Both the position numbers and the translations under genes were made by a program. The notes under the pieces are model-generated. The model searched no databases. It saw only the letters and a program-made list of their open reading frames with translations, and was not told the DNA's origin. From assembly GCA_958009085.1 (NCBI GenBank), contig OY253685.1, forward strand, positions 310,001 through 374,000: 64,000 nucleotides of DNA, written 5' to 3'. The stretch's first letter is position 1, and each line of letters begins with the position of its first letter. Source of the DNA: Protoeuglena noctilucae (lineage: Eukaryota). Of the stretch, positions 14,257 through 27,768 are shown in pieces.

Positions 14257-14661
14257 GGGACTGAAAGGGGAGGGACCTTGGTTGCGCGTGCTACCGTCAG
14301 CCATGTCTCGTGGCGCCCAAGCCGTGCCTCGGAGACGGGCTGCTGTGGTGGCAGTGCGATGCGTGGATGGCAGTTCGTACTCCTTTCGCAACAAACGTTC
14401 CAACCGTGGATTTCGACCCACGGTTAGATAACAAAGTGTCTTTGCTCCAGGCTGCCCCGGACGGACTGCAAAGGGACGCAGTCATCAGTTTTCCACTTTT
14501 GAAGTCGAGTGACGATATCGCAGCCATTTCTGATTGGCGCTGGACGAGACCAGTCCTACCCCTGGCATCTCCGCTTACTCCAGCAACGTGCCTTGACAGG
14601 AAGTCTCATTTACGGGGCTCGCCATCGATGTACATGCACCTGCGTCTGTCATGGCAGTTCC

Positions 14662-17064
14662 CTACGCCCTCGTGGCCATGCCCAGCTCCCTCGCCAGCTG
14701 ACTCATGCGCAGGGACGGGGGCACGTCCCTGACTGCGCCCTCCTCCAAGCTGTCCGTCGTGGCAGGGGACAGGGCCTCCGAGTCCGTGTCTGCCGCTGCG
14801 ACAAGAGCAGCGACAAGGCGAATGAAACAAGCCAGAGCCAGTCACAGGTACAAGTTGCGAGACTAAGGACCCTGACGAGGACCCTGCGTTGGCCATCTGT
14901 CTTCCACTCACCCGCCCCGCCCAGGGTCTGCAGCACCCTCTGCACCTTGTCCCGCATCCCCGGCTGCCCCTGGAAATACTCCTGCAAAGCACGGTCCCGT
15001 CCCGCAGCAGACAGCTTCCCCGCCCGCGCCAGCGTCTGCAGCATGTCCACCTCACGCCGCAGCGCGTCCTTCTCCAAAGACGTGGCGCGCGCCTCCTCAC
15101 TCAAAGCTGCAGGAGAACAAGCGGGACGAGACGGGCATGAGGCATGGCCGAGCAGGCAAGGGCGACGCGGACAACGCAACGTGAACAACGCAGCTGGGGG
15201 ATTGCAGAAGCGATGTCACGTAGGTCCAGAGCACCCCAGTCTTTCATCTCAACAGCGTCGCAGTGCCCGTGGTAACAACAGGTGTTTAGCCTGGGCTCCC
15301 ACCCCACGCGCCAGTCTCATGTCCCCGCCCGGCCTCTCACCCGCTGCGGCGTTCAGTGCCCTCTCCTTCTCCTGCTCCATGGCTCGCAGCTTCTCGACCA
15401 TCACCGCGTGGCTTGCGTCTTGCCGGGAGATGACCTCCTCCACCTGCTCCAGGCGCTTCAGCGTGCTGCAGAGGGTGTGGTGCCAATGGATTGGCTCATG
15501 ACCACTGTAATTTGAAAGAAACCCCTCCCATGCCCCACTGCAGGAGTACACGTACCCATACGCATACCTCGTGATTGAATGACACCGGGGCCACCTCACC
15601 TCAGCAGGATAGCCTTGAGCTCGTCCCTCTCCAGCCGCGTCTTGGCCAGCTCGTCCGCGTACCGCTGGCGCGCCCGCAGCGTCATCTCCTCCGTCTCCCG
15701 CGATCGCATCTCCGCCTGCCGAGCCCTGCAAAGCCACAGCGACACACGCCAACTCAGGGGACACGGCAGGGTACCTGAGCCAATGATCCACGCCCGCGCC
15801 TCTGCTCTCTGCCAGTCCACGCTCTGTGTGTTGTCTGCCAATACCCACGCCGGCCCCACCCCACATGCACCACGCGTCAAAGCCCCACCTGTGCTCCCTG
15901 GCGTCCAGTGCCGCCTTCAGCGCGCTCTTCTCCGCCCCTCGCGCCCCCTCCCGCGCCCGCAGCAGCTCCGCCTGCCGCTCCAGCTTCGCGCACTTGGCCC
16001 GCACCGCCGCCGCCTCCCGGCGCAGGGCCCCGACCTCCTCGGCGCGCTCCCTGCGCAGCGTCTTGATCTCCTCTTGCAGCACGCGCACGATGGAACGCTG
16101 CGGGGGCACAGAGTGACGTGGCGTCGCATGGCAGCAAGGGTCCGCAACCGTGACCGTCAGCACGACTCATGGGCAGCCAGGTCCCGTAAGCAAGAGTTGT
16201 CAGCGCAGCGAGTTACTAGGAAGGAATCAACAGGCAGGCAAGCGTGGCAGCTTGCCTCGGAGGCCGTCGCCTGGCGCTCCCGAGCAGCCGCCGCGTCCAG
16301 CCCATCGTAACCAGGGGGGATCCACGGCTCCGGGGCCGCCCCACCGCGCGCGGGGCTGGGACTGGCCGGGCGCGACGCGCCGGGGACGTCCGGCGGCAGG
16401 TCGAAGCGGCCGGCCCTCCCGGGTGACGCGGAGGCCGGGCGCGGGGCGCAGGGTCGGTGGCCCCTGCCAGGTGCCGCGGGGCTCCCCGGCTGGCTGAGGA
16501 GCTTGCGGACGGTGGTGGCGGAGGAGCGGAGCTGTGCGAGAGCCTCGGCGGCCTTGGCCCCGATCTCGGCCTTGTTGATCAGCCGCTCCGCCTTGTTGCA
16601 GCCCCTCACGACCCGCAGCAGCTCCTCGCGGTAGTGGCCCCGCGTGCTCAACTCAGTCTCGGAGCTGGAGGCCGGTCCGGTGCCCGGAGCGGCGTCTGCG
16701 ATGCCCGAGGCCTCAAAAACCCGGGCTGCTGCGGGCAGGTCAAGCGGGAGGGGCGGGGTGCTCGCAAGTGCGTCCGGGCGCGCTTCGGAGGTCGCTGTCG
16801 GTTCGAGCGCAGCCCATCTGTTGCGATAAATATGCGGCACAGCGGAGGATGGGGCCGCGGTCCCTGGATACGGCGCGGAGGGCCGCGGAGTCCTGTTGTG
16901 ATGGCCGACGCACCTGTGGACGTGAACGCGCCCGGGTCCTGCAGCCCGAGGTTCACACCGAGTCTGGCGAGACGGAGTTTCAGCTCGGTCACGTCCAAAT
17001 CACCCAGCGCGTCCGCTACGGTTTCCAGGTCTGCCCATCGCAACGCGTCGGACGCCTTCGTCAT
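14662..17064 (-). CDS. Coiled-coil protein of unknown function, ~7 exons
   Basis: ATG at 17064 (MTKASDALRW); E/R/A-rich heptad exons bounded by splice signals; TAG at 14662-14664. Confidence 0.6.
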
Positions 17065-17484
17065 GGCGCCGGCTTGGAAGACGGCTCCCTTTAAGCGAGG
17101 TAAGATACAGTTCACTATAGGGCAAGTTCGGGCGAGCGATTGGACGGGGCAGCGGCGTGCACGGGGGACGCCCTGTCGTTGTTACCCAGCAGCAGCGGGA
17201 GGGGCGAGCACAGGACTACCGGCTGCGCGAGGTGGCTCGCGTGATCATGCACACGACCAGGACGGCATCTACAATCGCAGTGCGCCCGCAGGCCGTCTGC
17301 TGTCCCCCACAGAACCGGGTTTAACCCCGCACGAACACGGTGTCAAAGGAATGACGGCGCTCCTGAGGGCTGCAGCGGGGGTGGGTGCGCTTATCCGGTG
17401 CCTCTTCATAATCTTCGTCGGGAGCCCAGGCTGTTTGGCTCAAAAGCTCTGCAGTGGGGCGCGGAGCGAGACGACTCGCCGGCT

Positions 17485-19328
17485 ATGAGCGCCCAGGAAG
17501 AGGACGCGGGGCAGGCTTACGGCCAGGATGATGACAACAACATCGAAGCGCACTTGAGGGACGAGGAGCCCCAGCAGGTGCCATGCCGGATGATTCCTGT
17601 CCTTGCCGAGCGCAATGCGTCGCTGATCGTCACCAAGTCCGATGTTGGAGTCGTCACGGCCGTGTATCTGCTCTTAGCCGCGTTCCCGGGTCCTTCTCGC
17701 GTCCGCGCAGGAGGAAAACGAGGACGACAACGCCGGAGACCAGACGGAGGGGAAGAATGAGGAGGACGACACTCCGGAAGCCATGAAGGCGAGGGGGGCG
17801 AGGGTCGGGCGGGGCGCGGGGCTCCTGTCCCACGCTGTGCACGCGACTGCCGTGGCTGGGAGCACCGGTGCGGGCCCTTGACCGCCGCAACGTCGCGATG
17901 CGACCCGATCCAACCTGCCATGCTGCCCACCGGCCCCGCAGGCGGGAGCGCTGGACGACCACGGGACCGCGGGGGGCAGCGGCGGTCATCAGGAGGCGCG
18001 GGACAGCGATGCGCCGGGGACGCGCATCTTCCTCGGCGGCATCTCGGGCAACACCACCGAAGAGGGGCTGAAGGTGCGCGGGGTCGCGTGCGCGCCGCGT
18101 CTGCCATCCCCGCGCCGGTTTCCCAGCTGACCTGCCCGTGCCCCGGCCCCCGGCCCCGCAGACTTTCTTCTCCCAGCACGCGAACGTGCTCCGCGTAGAG
18201 ATTCCGCGGGATCGCGAGACCGGCAGGCAGAAGGCCTTCGCGTTCCTGACGGCTGCGTCCGAGGCCGATGCGGCCAAGCTGGTGGGCAAGACGTTTGAGA
18301 TTGACGGGCGGCCCGTGGACGCCAGGCAATCCAAGCGCAAGGAGGAGACGGTAACCAAGTCGCGGAAGATCTTCATCGGGGGCACGCCGCCGTCCACCAC
18401 AGGTGCCGTGGGCGAAGGCCATGGCCTGGCCTCCCGCGCCTCTGCATCTGCCCTGCCTACACCGTCTGACCCTGACCCTGCCTGCAGAGAACGACGTCCA
18501 GACGTTCTTCTCCAAGTTCGGCGAAATCGAGGGCATCGAAATCCCCGGGGAGAAGGACGGCCGGCCGCGTGGATTCGCCTTCATCACGTTCACCACGAGT
18601 GAGCAATGACACAGGGTTTTCTAGACAGTGCGTCGCACGAATGCTTCAGCAGCATCTAGCCACGGTCGGTGTCTTTGTGCGTTGCCTGTGTGTATGGTCG
18701 ACGATCTCGCCTTTGCCTGCCGACCCCTCGCATCCTTGCCCGACGCCCCACCCTCGCAGTCGAGGCGGCGGACAAGTGCCGCGCCGCGGGGCGTTTCCAG
18801 GAGTTCATGGGGAAGCGCGTGGAAGTGAAGGACGCCACGCCCAAGTCCCAGTCCGTGCCGACGGGCGGAAGGGGCGGCGCCGGTGGGCGGGGGATGGGCA
18901 TGGGGTACGGCTATGGATACGGGATGCCCTACGCGCAGATGGGGATGATGGCGCCGTATGGCATGATGGGGTACGGCATGCAGCCGATGATGCCCATGGC
19001 CATGGCTGGGATGGGAATGGGTGGCGCAGGGGGCGTGGGCAACATGGGCATGGGCGCGATGGGGGCGATGGGTGGCGCGCCTGGCATGTACGGGGGCATG
19101 TACTGGGGCTACGGAGGGCAGGACAGCGGCATGGGCGGAGGCGTGGGGGGCGGGGTCGCGGGTGGCATGGGCGGCATGGGTGGGGCAGGCATGGGTGGGG
19201 CGGGCATGGGCGGGGGCGGCGCCAGCGGGGGCAGGTACCACCCTTACGGGGGTGGCGCCGGGATGGGGGGAGGTGCGGCGCGTGGGGCACCTGCGGAGCA
19301 GCCCAACTGGTATGCGGGGAGGAGGTGA
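17485..19328 (+). CDS. RNA-binding protein with two RRMs and Gly/Met/Tyr-rich tail (hnRNP A/Musashi-like)
   Basis: RNP2/RNP1 motifs RIFLGGI...KAFAFL and KIFIGG...RGFAFITF; KRVEVKDATPK; low-complexity tail containing RYHPY. Confidence 0.88.
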
Positions 19329-20566
19329 TGGGCGCGCATGGGGTGGGTGCTGCTGCATGTGGGACCCTTGCGAGCCTCGACAGGTGCGGGTCGGGGGCGG
19401 ATCATACTTTGGCCAGGCCATCTCCGCCCGCCGGCCTTCGCTCGGCTTTTGGTACCTGCTGGGTGCGCACTGCGCTGGCAGCGGTCGTCTCCGGACGCTA
19501 TTGGGGCAGCTGCCGTGCTTTGGGCGGTGCAGATGTGCGGGGGGGTGCGTGGCGTCCTGCACTCGTGTGATGTCGCAGGGCATCGAGTATGGACGCCGTG
19601 GTACCGGTTGCCTCTCTTGTCGGGGCTTTGTCTCCGGGCCTTGAATGCTCCTTGTTGTCACTTGCGTCGCTGCCCTCCGTTGGTCTCGCTGGCCCGGTTC
19701 GATTACCATTGGCCCCGAAACGCGGTAGTCTCTTCCGAAGGTCAGTCGAGGCAGGCCAGGCTGCCAAGTCCGCATAGCCGGTTGCCAGCACCGACTCTGC
19801 CCATTGCTTGGGAGCAACTCGGGAGGCGCTTGCCTTGCAAAGCCTCGCCATCTGCGCCGCACCGGCCGCTGCCGTCGCCTCGTGAGCGCTGCTGTCGACA
19901 GTAGCAATGGCCAGCCGCTTCGGGTGCGCCGGCCATCAAACCCAGGTGAGTGCATGGCCATGGGCCCATCTTCCACCACGCAAGGCAGCGCGTTGACTCC
20001 GCCACCGTCGTCACAAGGCCTTTTGTCCAGCTACGATTGCTTAAGACCGTTGGGGCTCTACTCCTGAAACTACGGCGTGGGCAGGCACCCCTAGGTAGGC
20101 TTCTGTCGCCCCTTAACGTTTGAGCCTCACCTGAAATGGGTCTCACGAAAAGCGGGTCGCCAAACAAACAAGGGCGGTAGAAACCGAGGGGACACCGCCA
20201 GATGAAAGATGCTGTCGCGGAGACGTCAGACTCGTGTGCCGGAGTGGCAGAAAGGGCCGGCAACGACGCGGGCAACGCGGCGCCATCCTACTACTGCATC
20301 GCGCGGCGCGGCTGCAGAGGGCGTGACGGGGCACAAAACACATTGCTCAATGGAGCGAAATGAGGAATCCTGTGCACGCCACTGGACAGGGAAGGGGAAA
20401 GAGAGCGCCGGGCACGTGCAGCGGCCCGTCTATGGCTGCGGCATAGGCTCGATGGCGTCCGTCCCCGCCTCATTCACGTTCGCCTCGTTCTCGGCGCCGT
20501 GGGTGCTCTGTCGGGAGCCACGAGGGACCAGCCTGAGCGCACTGTGCCTGGTGCAAGCGTCCCGTG

Positions 20567-22783
20567 TCACCCTACAGGTGCCACCCCGTCTCTTACCTCC
20601 AAGGGCCGGAACCACACCACGACGGCAGTGATGTCGTCCACCACGCCGTCCTCTTCCTCCTGCTCTTCCCACCGCTTGTGAGCCAGCGCCACGAGGTCCT
20701 TGCACGCCTGCTCTGGCGACCCGGCAGCCACCACTGCGACGGCGTGATACATGTGGGGCGGTTCAAACACCAGACATGCCGGGACGCGCGGGAGCCAGGA
20801 CATTCTTGCCCCGCTGGCTCACCTACGTCGACCGCCTCCTGCGAGGAGATGAACTCCCACACGCCGTCCGTGGCTAGCACCGCAAACTGGTCGCGCTCCC
20901 CGATCTCGGCATGCGTCACCTCGGGCGTGCTCGTCACGCCAATCTGGTGCGCCAGGGAGTCCCCGAGCGCCCTGCGAGTCAGGGAACAGCGAGGGCGGGA
21001 TCGCACCGAGGAACGCATCGCGACAAGTGCTGTTCTGCAAGCGCCAAGGACTCGTCCCACGCAAGTCGCCCCATGCAAGTTGCCTGGGCCCCCCATCCCC
21101 CGCACCTGGACATGGCCAGGCCCGGGATCCAGGCGTAGGGCATCCAGATGCGCTCTGGCCCCACGCGCTGGCCGTCCTCGTCCACCAGCTGCTCCACGCG
21201 GCCCCCGCAGGCTTCGATCCGCGACCTCTCCTTGGGGTCGCCCGGCTTGTGGTCGCGGGTCAGGTCCACGGCCACCACCCTGTCCGAGCTGGGGTCGGCC
21301 GTCCCCAGCACGGCACGCGAGTCCCCCACCCATGCCACCGTGAACTGCGAGGGCGGGTCAGCGGGCGGGGCCTAGCGGGCACCGCAGCGACGGTAGTAAC
21401 GGGCGTGCGACCATGGCAAGAGTAATCAAGTGAGGAGACCCCCTCCGACTCCGCCCATGGGTTGCACGACGTGCCCGGAAGCACAGGCACCGGGGTACAC
21501 GGGTCCCACCCTGGGCTCGCACGGTGGTCTGGCCCCGACGCACCTGAGACCCCTTGGCGTACATGACGACGGCCGTGGTGCCGGAGAACTCGCAGTCGAC
21601 CTGGGAGCTGTTTAAGGCGCGGTCCACCTGGGCGTAGGTCTCCATGAGGAGCTGCCGGGGCTCGGGGATGCTGCCGCTGAGCTGGGCGAGGGAGGCGGGG
21701 AGCTGCTTTTTGACGAACCCCGAGACGAGATGCCCGCAGGGTCCGTGGCCGTCGAAGGCCCCGAAGAGCGACTGGTCGTCCGTCAGGTACCTTTCGAAGG
21801 CGAAGCACGAGTCCTGGTTGATCTTCTTGGCATCCCCCTCCTGCCCGGTGCGCGTCACGCACGCGCCGTGGCACCGGAAGCCGCCCGAACCCCCCGTGAT
21901 CTCCTCCTGCGGCTCCGTGGTCGTGCCGGACATGTGCTGCGCCCCATCCACCTGCTGCCCGTTCTTCTTCTGCGCACGAGAGCGGCGGGAGCGACATTGA
22001 CAGAAGAATGGCGGATACACGGCGATACCACGGGTCGGGCGTCGCGGCGATCGGCGCACCTGGCCGACGTAGGAGAGTCGCCGTGCTCGTGCCCCCTTGG
22101 CGTCCGGCTTCTGCCCCACGGGCACGCCCTTCCCGGGTGCATCGGAGCTCTGCGGGGCGGGGAGATCGCGCGCTCCCGATGACACGCAGCACCAGCAGCG
22201 GCAACCATTCCCGGCGCGCCATGCAGCCACCTCCCACGACACGCGTTGCCCAAAGGGCGCCGGGAGCACAGAGCGAGAGTCCACAAAAGGAACAACCGCG
22301 ACGTCCTATCCCGCACGGTCCCCCGCGGGGGCAAGGAGGGGACCCTGCCATGCAACGTGAAAAGAGGCATCCAACTGGGGAACGACGAGTGAAATGCGGC
22401 TCGGTTTCTGGACTATCGAATTACATATAAAAACCAGGAGACGCGGCGGGCGCTGGGAAGGGTCCCCGAGTGCGGAAAACCGGAAAATACGAGGGCTTGC
22501 CACCCCCCCGCCTCGGAGAGGGACCTGTCGCCCCTCATGTCGCGCCTCCCCGTTTGTTCGAAAGGAATTCGACACCTCGCCGACCCAAGGGAGGCCCCAA
22601 ACTCACCAGGGCGCCCTTGACCGTCGGGGTGCTGAGCCTCCTATTCCTGGCGTTCTTCGACGCCTTCTTCTGCGCCTCCTTGTCGTTTCCGTTATACAAG
22701 GGGTCGCTGCCGGAGCCGTTCGCCGGCAGAGTCGCGGGTTGGTCGGCGTCAACCCTTGCGCCCCGGCTGGCGCCGCACCCCAT
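20567..22783 (-). CDS. PP2C-family protein phosphatase with N-terminal MGCGAS acylation motif
   Basis: [62 protein letters not shown]. Confidence 0.92.
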
Positions 22784-23189
22784 CCTGGCGAGCCCCGCGA
22801 CGCGCTAGGCCGAAGCCACTGATCGCTCGCGGCCCAGGAGACGGCCGAGCGGCTGCTCAGCTGGGAACCGCCACGAGTACAAGCAGCGGGGCGCGGCAGG
22901 GCTGGCCGACGAGCGCTGCTCAACAAATGTAGGCGTGTCGGGGCCGGAACCCGCCACATGTCGGCGGTGGTTTCTGACACGCTCAGTCCGACTTACGGGC
23001 TGGTGGCCGCTGACCGGCGCTCGTGCACGGCTGATTTCCTAGGATCGCCCAGGGACGCGCGGCAGTCTGGCTTCGCTTGCAAGGTGGCGAGTCGCCCGCC
23101 TGGCGTCGCTGGGGCGCTGTGTTGCCGCAGATGGTCCTGTTCCGCATTGCCCCTTGATTGAAGTTGCGAAATTGCGCATCGGGGAGGAA

Positions 23190-26100
23190 GATGGCGGCTC
23201 AGGACGTGGAGGGCGTCGAGGTGAGGACTGGCGTAGCTCTCACGAACTTCTCTCCGCCCTTTCGCCGGTTTCCGGCAGCCACCCGTGCGCATGATGGCGA
23301 CGTGGAGATGGGCGTCCAGGATCAGGCCTCGGTGTCCGCCTCGACAGCGCCCGGAAGCTCATCAGGGACGACGAAGGCAACGGCCAGCCATCGCGCTCCG
23401 CCGCCGCTTTCCCGCAGGACCTCCTCGGGAACGAAGACGACGACTATTACTATGGCGCGGGGGACGAGACGGACGAGCTGTGGAGGAGGTGGGCGCGGCG
23501 CGGAGTGCCCAAATGCGTGTCGCGGTTGTGCTCCGGCTGCGGGTGGCGGGTGGGGGGCGAGGTCTCCGCGGTCTCCGAGCGCCGTACCTCGCTTATGCTG
23601 CAGGGATGCGCACATGCGCGACTCGGCGTCGGAGGACGGCCGGGGGGCTGATCGTGGCTCGCCCCCGGGCAGCCCGCAGTCCCGGGACGCGGGCGACATG
23701 CCTCGCCCCGGGGCGGAGAGCCAGGAGGACCCCGCGCTTCGTCGCGCGGGTGGTCGCGAGGGTCCCCGTCACGCGATCTTCCTGAACCGCCGGGTGGGGG
23801 AGCGCGGGCCGGGAGGGGACGAGCACGCGGGCCCGCGACCCCACCGTCCGGACGGGGTGCGGCCCCCTGCTCCGCGCGATTTCGACAGAGACCGTGACTG
23901 GGACCGCCGCCCGCGCCCCCGACCGGGGGACGGCCCGCCGCCCCGCGACCGGGACCGCGAGCTGCCTCGCGTGTTGAGGGAGTTTGCCCACATCCCAGGC
24001 GCCTGCGAGCGGTGCGGCCGCCTCAACCACGTCCTCGCCGACTGCGCCGCCGTCAAGAACATCCACAACGCCTACATACGCGACGACTACCTGGCGTCCC
24101 GGCAGGCGCGCATGAGTGCCGTGTGGGGTCCCAAGCCGCTCATGTGTCACCGCTGCGGGCGCAAGGATCACCACGCGGGCGAGTGTTTCCACAAAGCCGA
24201 CGTGGCTGGGGGCGAGATCCGCACCCCGCCGGGCGTCGTGCCCCGCTTCGCCCCCGGCGACCCCGTCCCCTCCTTCCGGTGCCCCCGGTGTTTCCGCACC
24301 GGCCACGCCTACGACGAGTGCACCTTCAACCGCAACGTCTACAGGGACGACATCCCGGGCCCTCCCCCGCGCCGCTACGTGCCCCCCAGCCGCCAGCTGC
24401 CCCCGGGAGACTACCCCCCGGGGCGGGAGCCCCACGGCGCGGCCCCTTCCGGCCCCGTGCCCGCCCACCGCCCTGACCGCAGCCCCCGCGTTCCCCCGGC
24501 GGAGGAGGGCTCCACCCCTCCGCGCCCGTCGCGCCCGCCGCAGCGCTGGCAGCCGGGGCCGGACCGGCCCGCCCGCGGAGGCTCGGAAGTGATCGACGAT
24601 GCCTCAAACCCCAACCCCGCGCCCAGGACGGCGTCTGGCGGGGAGGACATGCGGGACGCAGGTCACGGCCCTCCGCTGGACCCCGTCCGCCCCGCGATTA
24701 ACGCCCTCGACGCGCCGCCGCTGCCTGTGGAGCGCCCCCCCGGCGACCGCCCTGGGCACGGCGGGCGGCCAGGGGTGGCTCGGCAGGGCTTGGCGGGTGC
24801 GACGAGGGGTCCTGGGCCTGGCCAGGAGGAGGGTCTGCCGCCCGTGGATCACGTAGCGATGCTCGGCGACGCGGGGGCCACTGAGAGGGGCGGAAGCGCG
24901 GGCGCTGCCGGTACCGCAGATGGCGCGGTGGACGCTCGTGGGGAGGGGGTGTCGGGGAAGGGTTCCAGTGAGGCTGGGACGGGGCCCAGGGGAGCGGCGG
25001 GCAAGGAGGCCAGGGCGGAGGCGCGTGTGAGCGCGGAGCAGGGGCGAGCGGTGGGTGGCACTGGAGTGCAGGCGGGGGCGGGTGGTGCCGGCGGGGCGAG
25101 GGAGGGTCCTGGCGCCAGCGCTGCTGGTGGCGCTCCAACGGGCGGCGTGATGGCAGCGGGGGCGAATGCGGGGGCCCCTCAGGTCCCTAGCACTGCCGCG
25201 GCGCCGCCCCCCATGCCCGCCCCTCCTCAGCCGTACCCTGGGGGCATGGCTCTGCCCTTCGCGCCTGCCCCGGCCCCCGCTGCTCTGTCGCCGGACGGCG
25301 AGCAGCTGGTGCAGCTGCTGATGCGGACGGATACCCGGGAAGCGGTGCGGTACCCGGTGGTTTTCGACTTTGACCTCGGGTGCCTGCGCAACCGCCACGG
25401 CATGGCGCTGCCCATCTTCACGGGCGACCGAGCGGTGATGCTGGCGGCGGAGGGGCGGAGCCTGGGGGAGATCCTCGAGGGGCTGGTGGCCGAAGGGGTC
25501 GTGGCGTGGGGAGACGCGGCGTTGTCGGATGGGGAGGGAGACGACACGGACGCCAGGTGAGCCGCGGTGCCCGTGCACAACGCTCGATGGTGCTTGTTGG
25601 CTCGTTGCCAACGCACTCTCTTGCGGGTTGTCCTGTCATGAAATGCTCTTCCTGTGCCGCAGCCAGTCGCTCCCGCTTTACCAGCGCCCCTGGATGCACG
25701 GCCCGGACCCCGCAACGGTGGCCCTGCACCCGCCCCTGGCTGTCGCCATCGCGGGCGACGCGGGGGGCCTTTCGCGCTCTGGCGTGGCCCACACGGACAA
25801 GCAGGAGGCTGGGGCGGGCCCACAGGAGCCCGCGGGGACGGGGGAGGTGATGCTGATGAGGAGGAAAAGGGGCGAGGGCGATTCGGGGGCTGCGGCCGAC
25901 GAGGCCGGCAAGGGGAAGGGACAAGCGCAGGGGTCGGCGAAGGCTGCTGCGGCAGGGACCCAGAAGGCCGGCGTGAAAGCCACTGGCGCTGGTGCCAAGG
26001 GCGGCGTGGCGAAAAAGGGGGCGGGGTGGACTCCCCCTCCGATCCAGCCCCCGCCCAGCGTGGCCCGCGCGCAGAAGGCCAAGGCAGCGACTGGGCCGGC

Positions 26101-27768
26101 GAAGGGCGCGTCGGAAGCGCCCAGCGCGGGGGGCAAGAAGGCCAGTGCTCCGGCCAAGGGGGCCAGCGCGCCAGGCGTGGGTGGCAGCGCACCAGCCAAG
26201 GGTGCCAACGCGGGTGCCGCCGGAAGGGCGAGCGTTGGGGTCAAGAAAGCGGTGCAACCGCAGTCGGGCACCGTGGGGTCCGTGGCTGCTGGCGGCGGGG
26301 CTGGTGCGACGAGCACTGCGGCAGGCGACCCGGGTGACAGCGGAGACGAGTTGGTCCACAAGGTGCTTAACACACAGTCGGGCATGGAGGACGCGGACGA
26401 GACGTCGATGTCGGGGGACGAGCGGGACGGGACGAGTGGGGCGGCGGCGTCCGGGGGTCTGCTGCTGGGCGATGCGGGTGGCGCCGACGGCCCGCCACGC
26501 CGTGCAGCGCTCCGTGTGGGCCCGCCCGTGAGCGACGTGACGTCTCCGCCGCGCAAGCGCAAGTGGAGCAACAGTCTTGCTGACGAGGACGGGGACGACG
26601 ACCTGGGGCCTCCCCTGGAGCTGGACAGGCGAGGCGCAGGGCGAGGGCGGTCACTGCTGCTGTCAGGGTATCGCTGGGGCGTGCGACTTGATGCGCGGCA
26701 TGATTGCTGGGGTTGCGGCTGCGTGTCTGGTCTCGTGGGGTTGTGATTGGCGCCCTCACGTGCTGCTCCCAGGGAAGGCCGGGCGTACAAGTACAGCGGC
26801 ATCCCTGGCGTGTGCGACAGGTGCGTTCGTGTTGCGTCTGTGGCACACATTGCTGCATGTGCAGGGTCGAGCCAGAGACGCGACGCCCTGGCCTTGTGTT
26901 GCGTGTGTTGCAGATGTGGCCGGAACAACCACGTTCTCGCCCAGTGCACGGCGTACCGTGATGTTGATGGGGTGGACATCCGCGACCTGCCCCGGCCAGG
27001 TGAGGGCAGAGGCTGGGCAGAATGGAAGGGGCCGGCGCATGCTCCCTCGGTCGCCGCCTATCCGGCCTGGTCCATCTGCCCAGTCCGCGCTCTGCTGCGC
27101 TTTTTACACCTGCGACCACCAGCTGCCCTCCGCGCCTGCAGGCATGCGGCCCACAAAGCGCAAGGTGCGGGGCCAGCAGGCACCGGTGGCTGATGAGGAC
27201 ATGGGAGCGGAGATCCCGCTGCTCATTAAGTCGAACGGAGCGTACGCGTACGACCGGCACTCCCGCGCGAACGACCCGGGGGCGGACTGGGCCGCGCCCC
27301 GCTGGGTGGAGCACCCGTTTGCAGAGGAGGGGCAGCAGGACGTGGAGTGGGCTGAGGATGGGTGGGTCATGGGGGAGGAGGAGGAGGACGGGGGTTATCA
27401 CGAGGAGGTGAGGGTGCGATGGGGTCGCATTGTGGGGTTGCAGCAGTCGCGCGTCGTCATGTCTTCCGTAGGTTTGCTCCCGGATGCTTACAGCGCATCG
27501 AGCGCGACTCAATGCGTCAGTTGGCAGCCGCTTTCCCAGGCCAAGCATTTGCCGGACTGACACGCGGACTTCTGTTGTGGGTATTCTGCAGGAAGCGCCG
27601 GTGCAGGCGTGGCAGCCCGTCTGCCACCGTTGCGGGGCCCCGGGCCACATCGCCCCGAACTGCCCGGATCTCTACAGCGGGGCTGATGCGCCTTCTGGAG
27701 GCCGGGGGAGGGGGCGGGGCAGAGGGCGGGGCAGGGGCCGGGGACGGGGGCGGGGGCGGACTTACTGA
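23190..27768 (+). CDS. Large protein with five CCHC zinc knuckles and an RG-repeat C-terminus; one spliced gene joining ORFs 23158-25560, 25529-26746 and downstream exons
   Basis: CERCGRLNHVLADC, CHRCGRKDHHAGEC, CPRCFRTGHAYDEC, CDR|CGRNNHVLAQC, CHRCGAPGHIAPNC. The phase-2 intron at ~25558-25662 joins the two long ORFs. Ends GRGRGR...TY*. Confidence 0.75.

Noticed and set aside
20030..20220. Lower-GC intergenic stretch with hairpins as a possible snRNA, RNase MRP or telomerase RNA
   Set aside because: No convincing Sm site, P4 helix pair or telomere template; it lies between convergent 3' UTRs.
23158..25560. CCHC ORF as retrotransposon gag
   Set aside because: No protease, RT, integrase or LTRs; the ORF is part of an intron-containing host gene.
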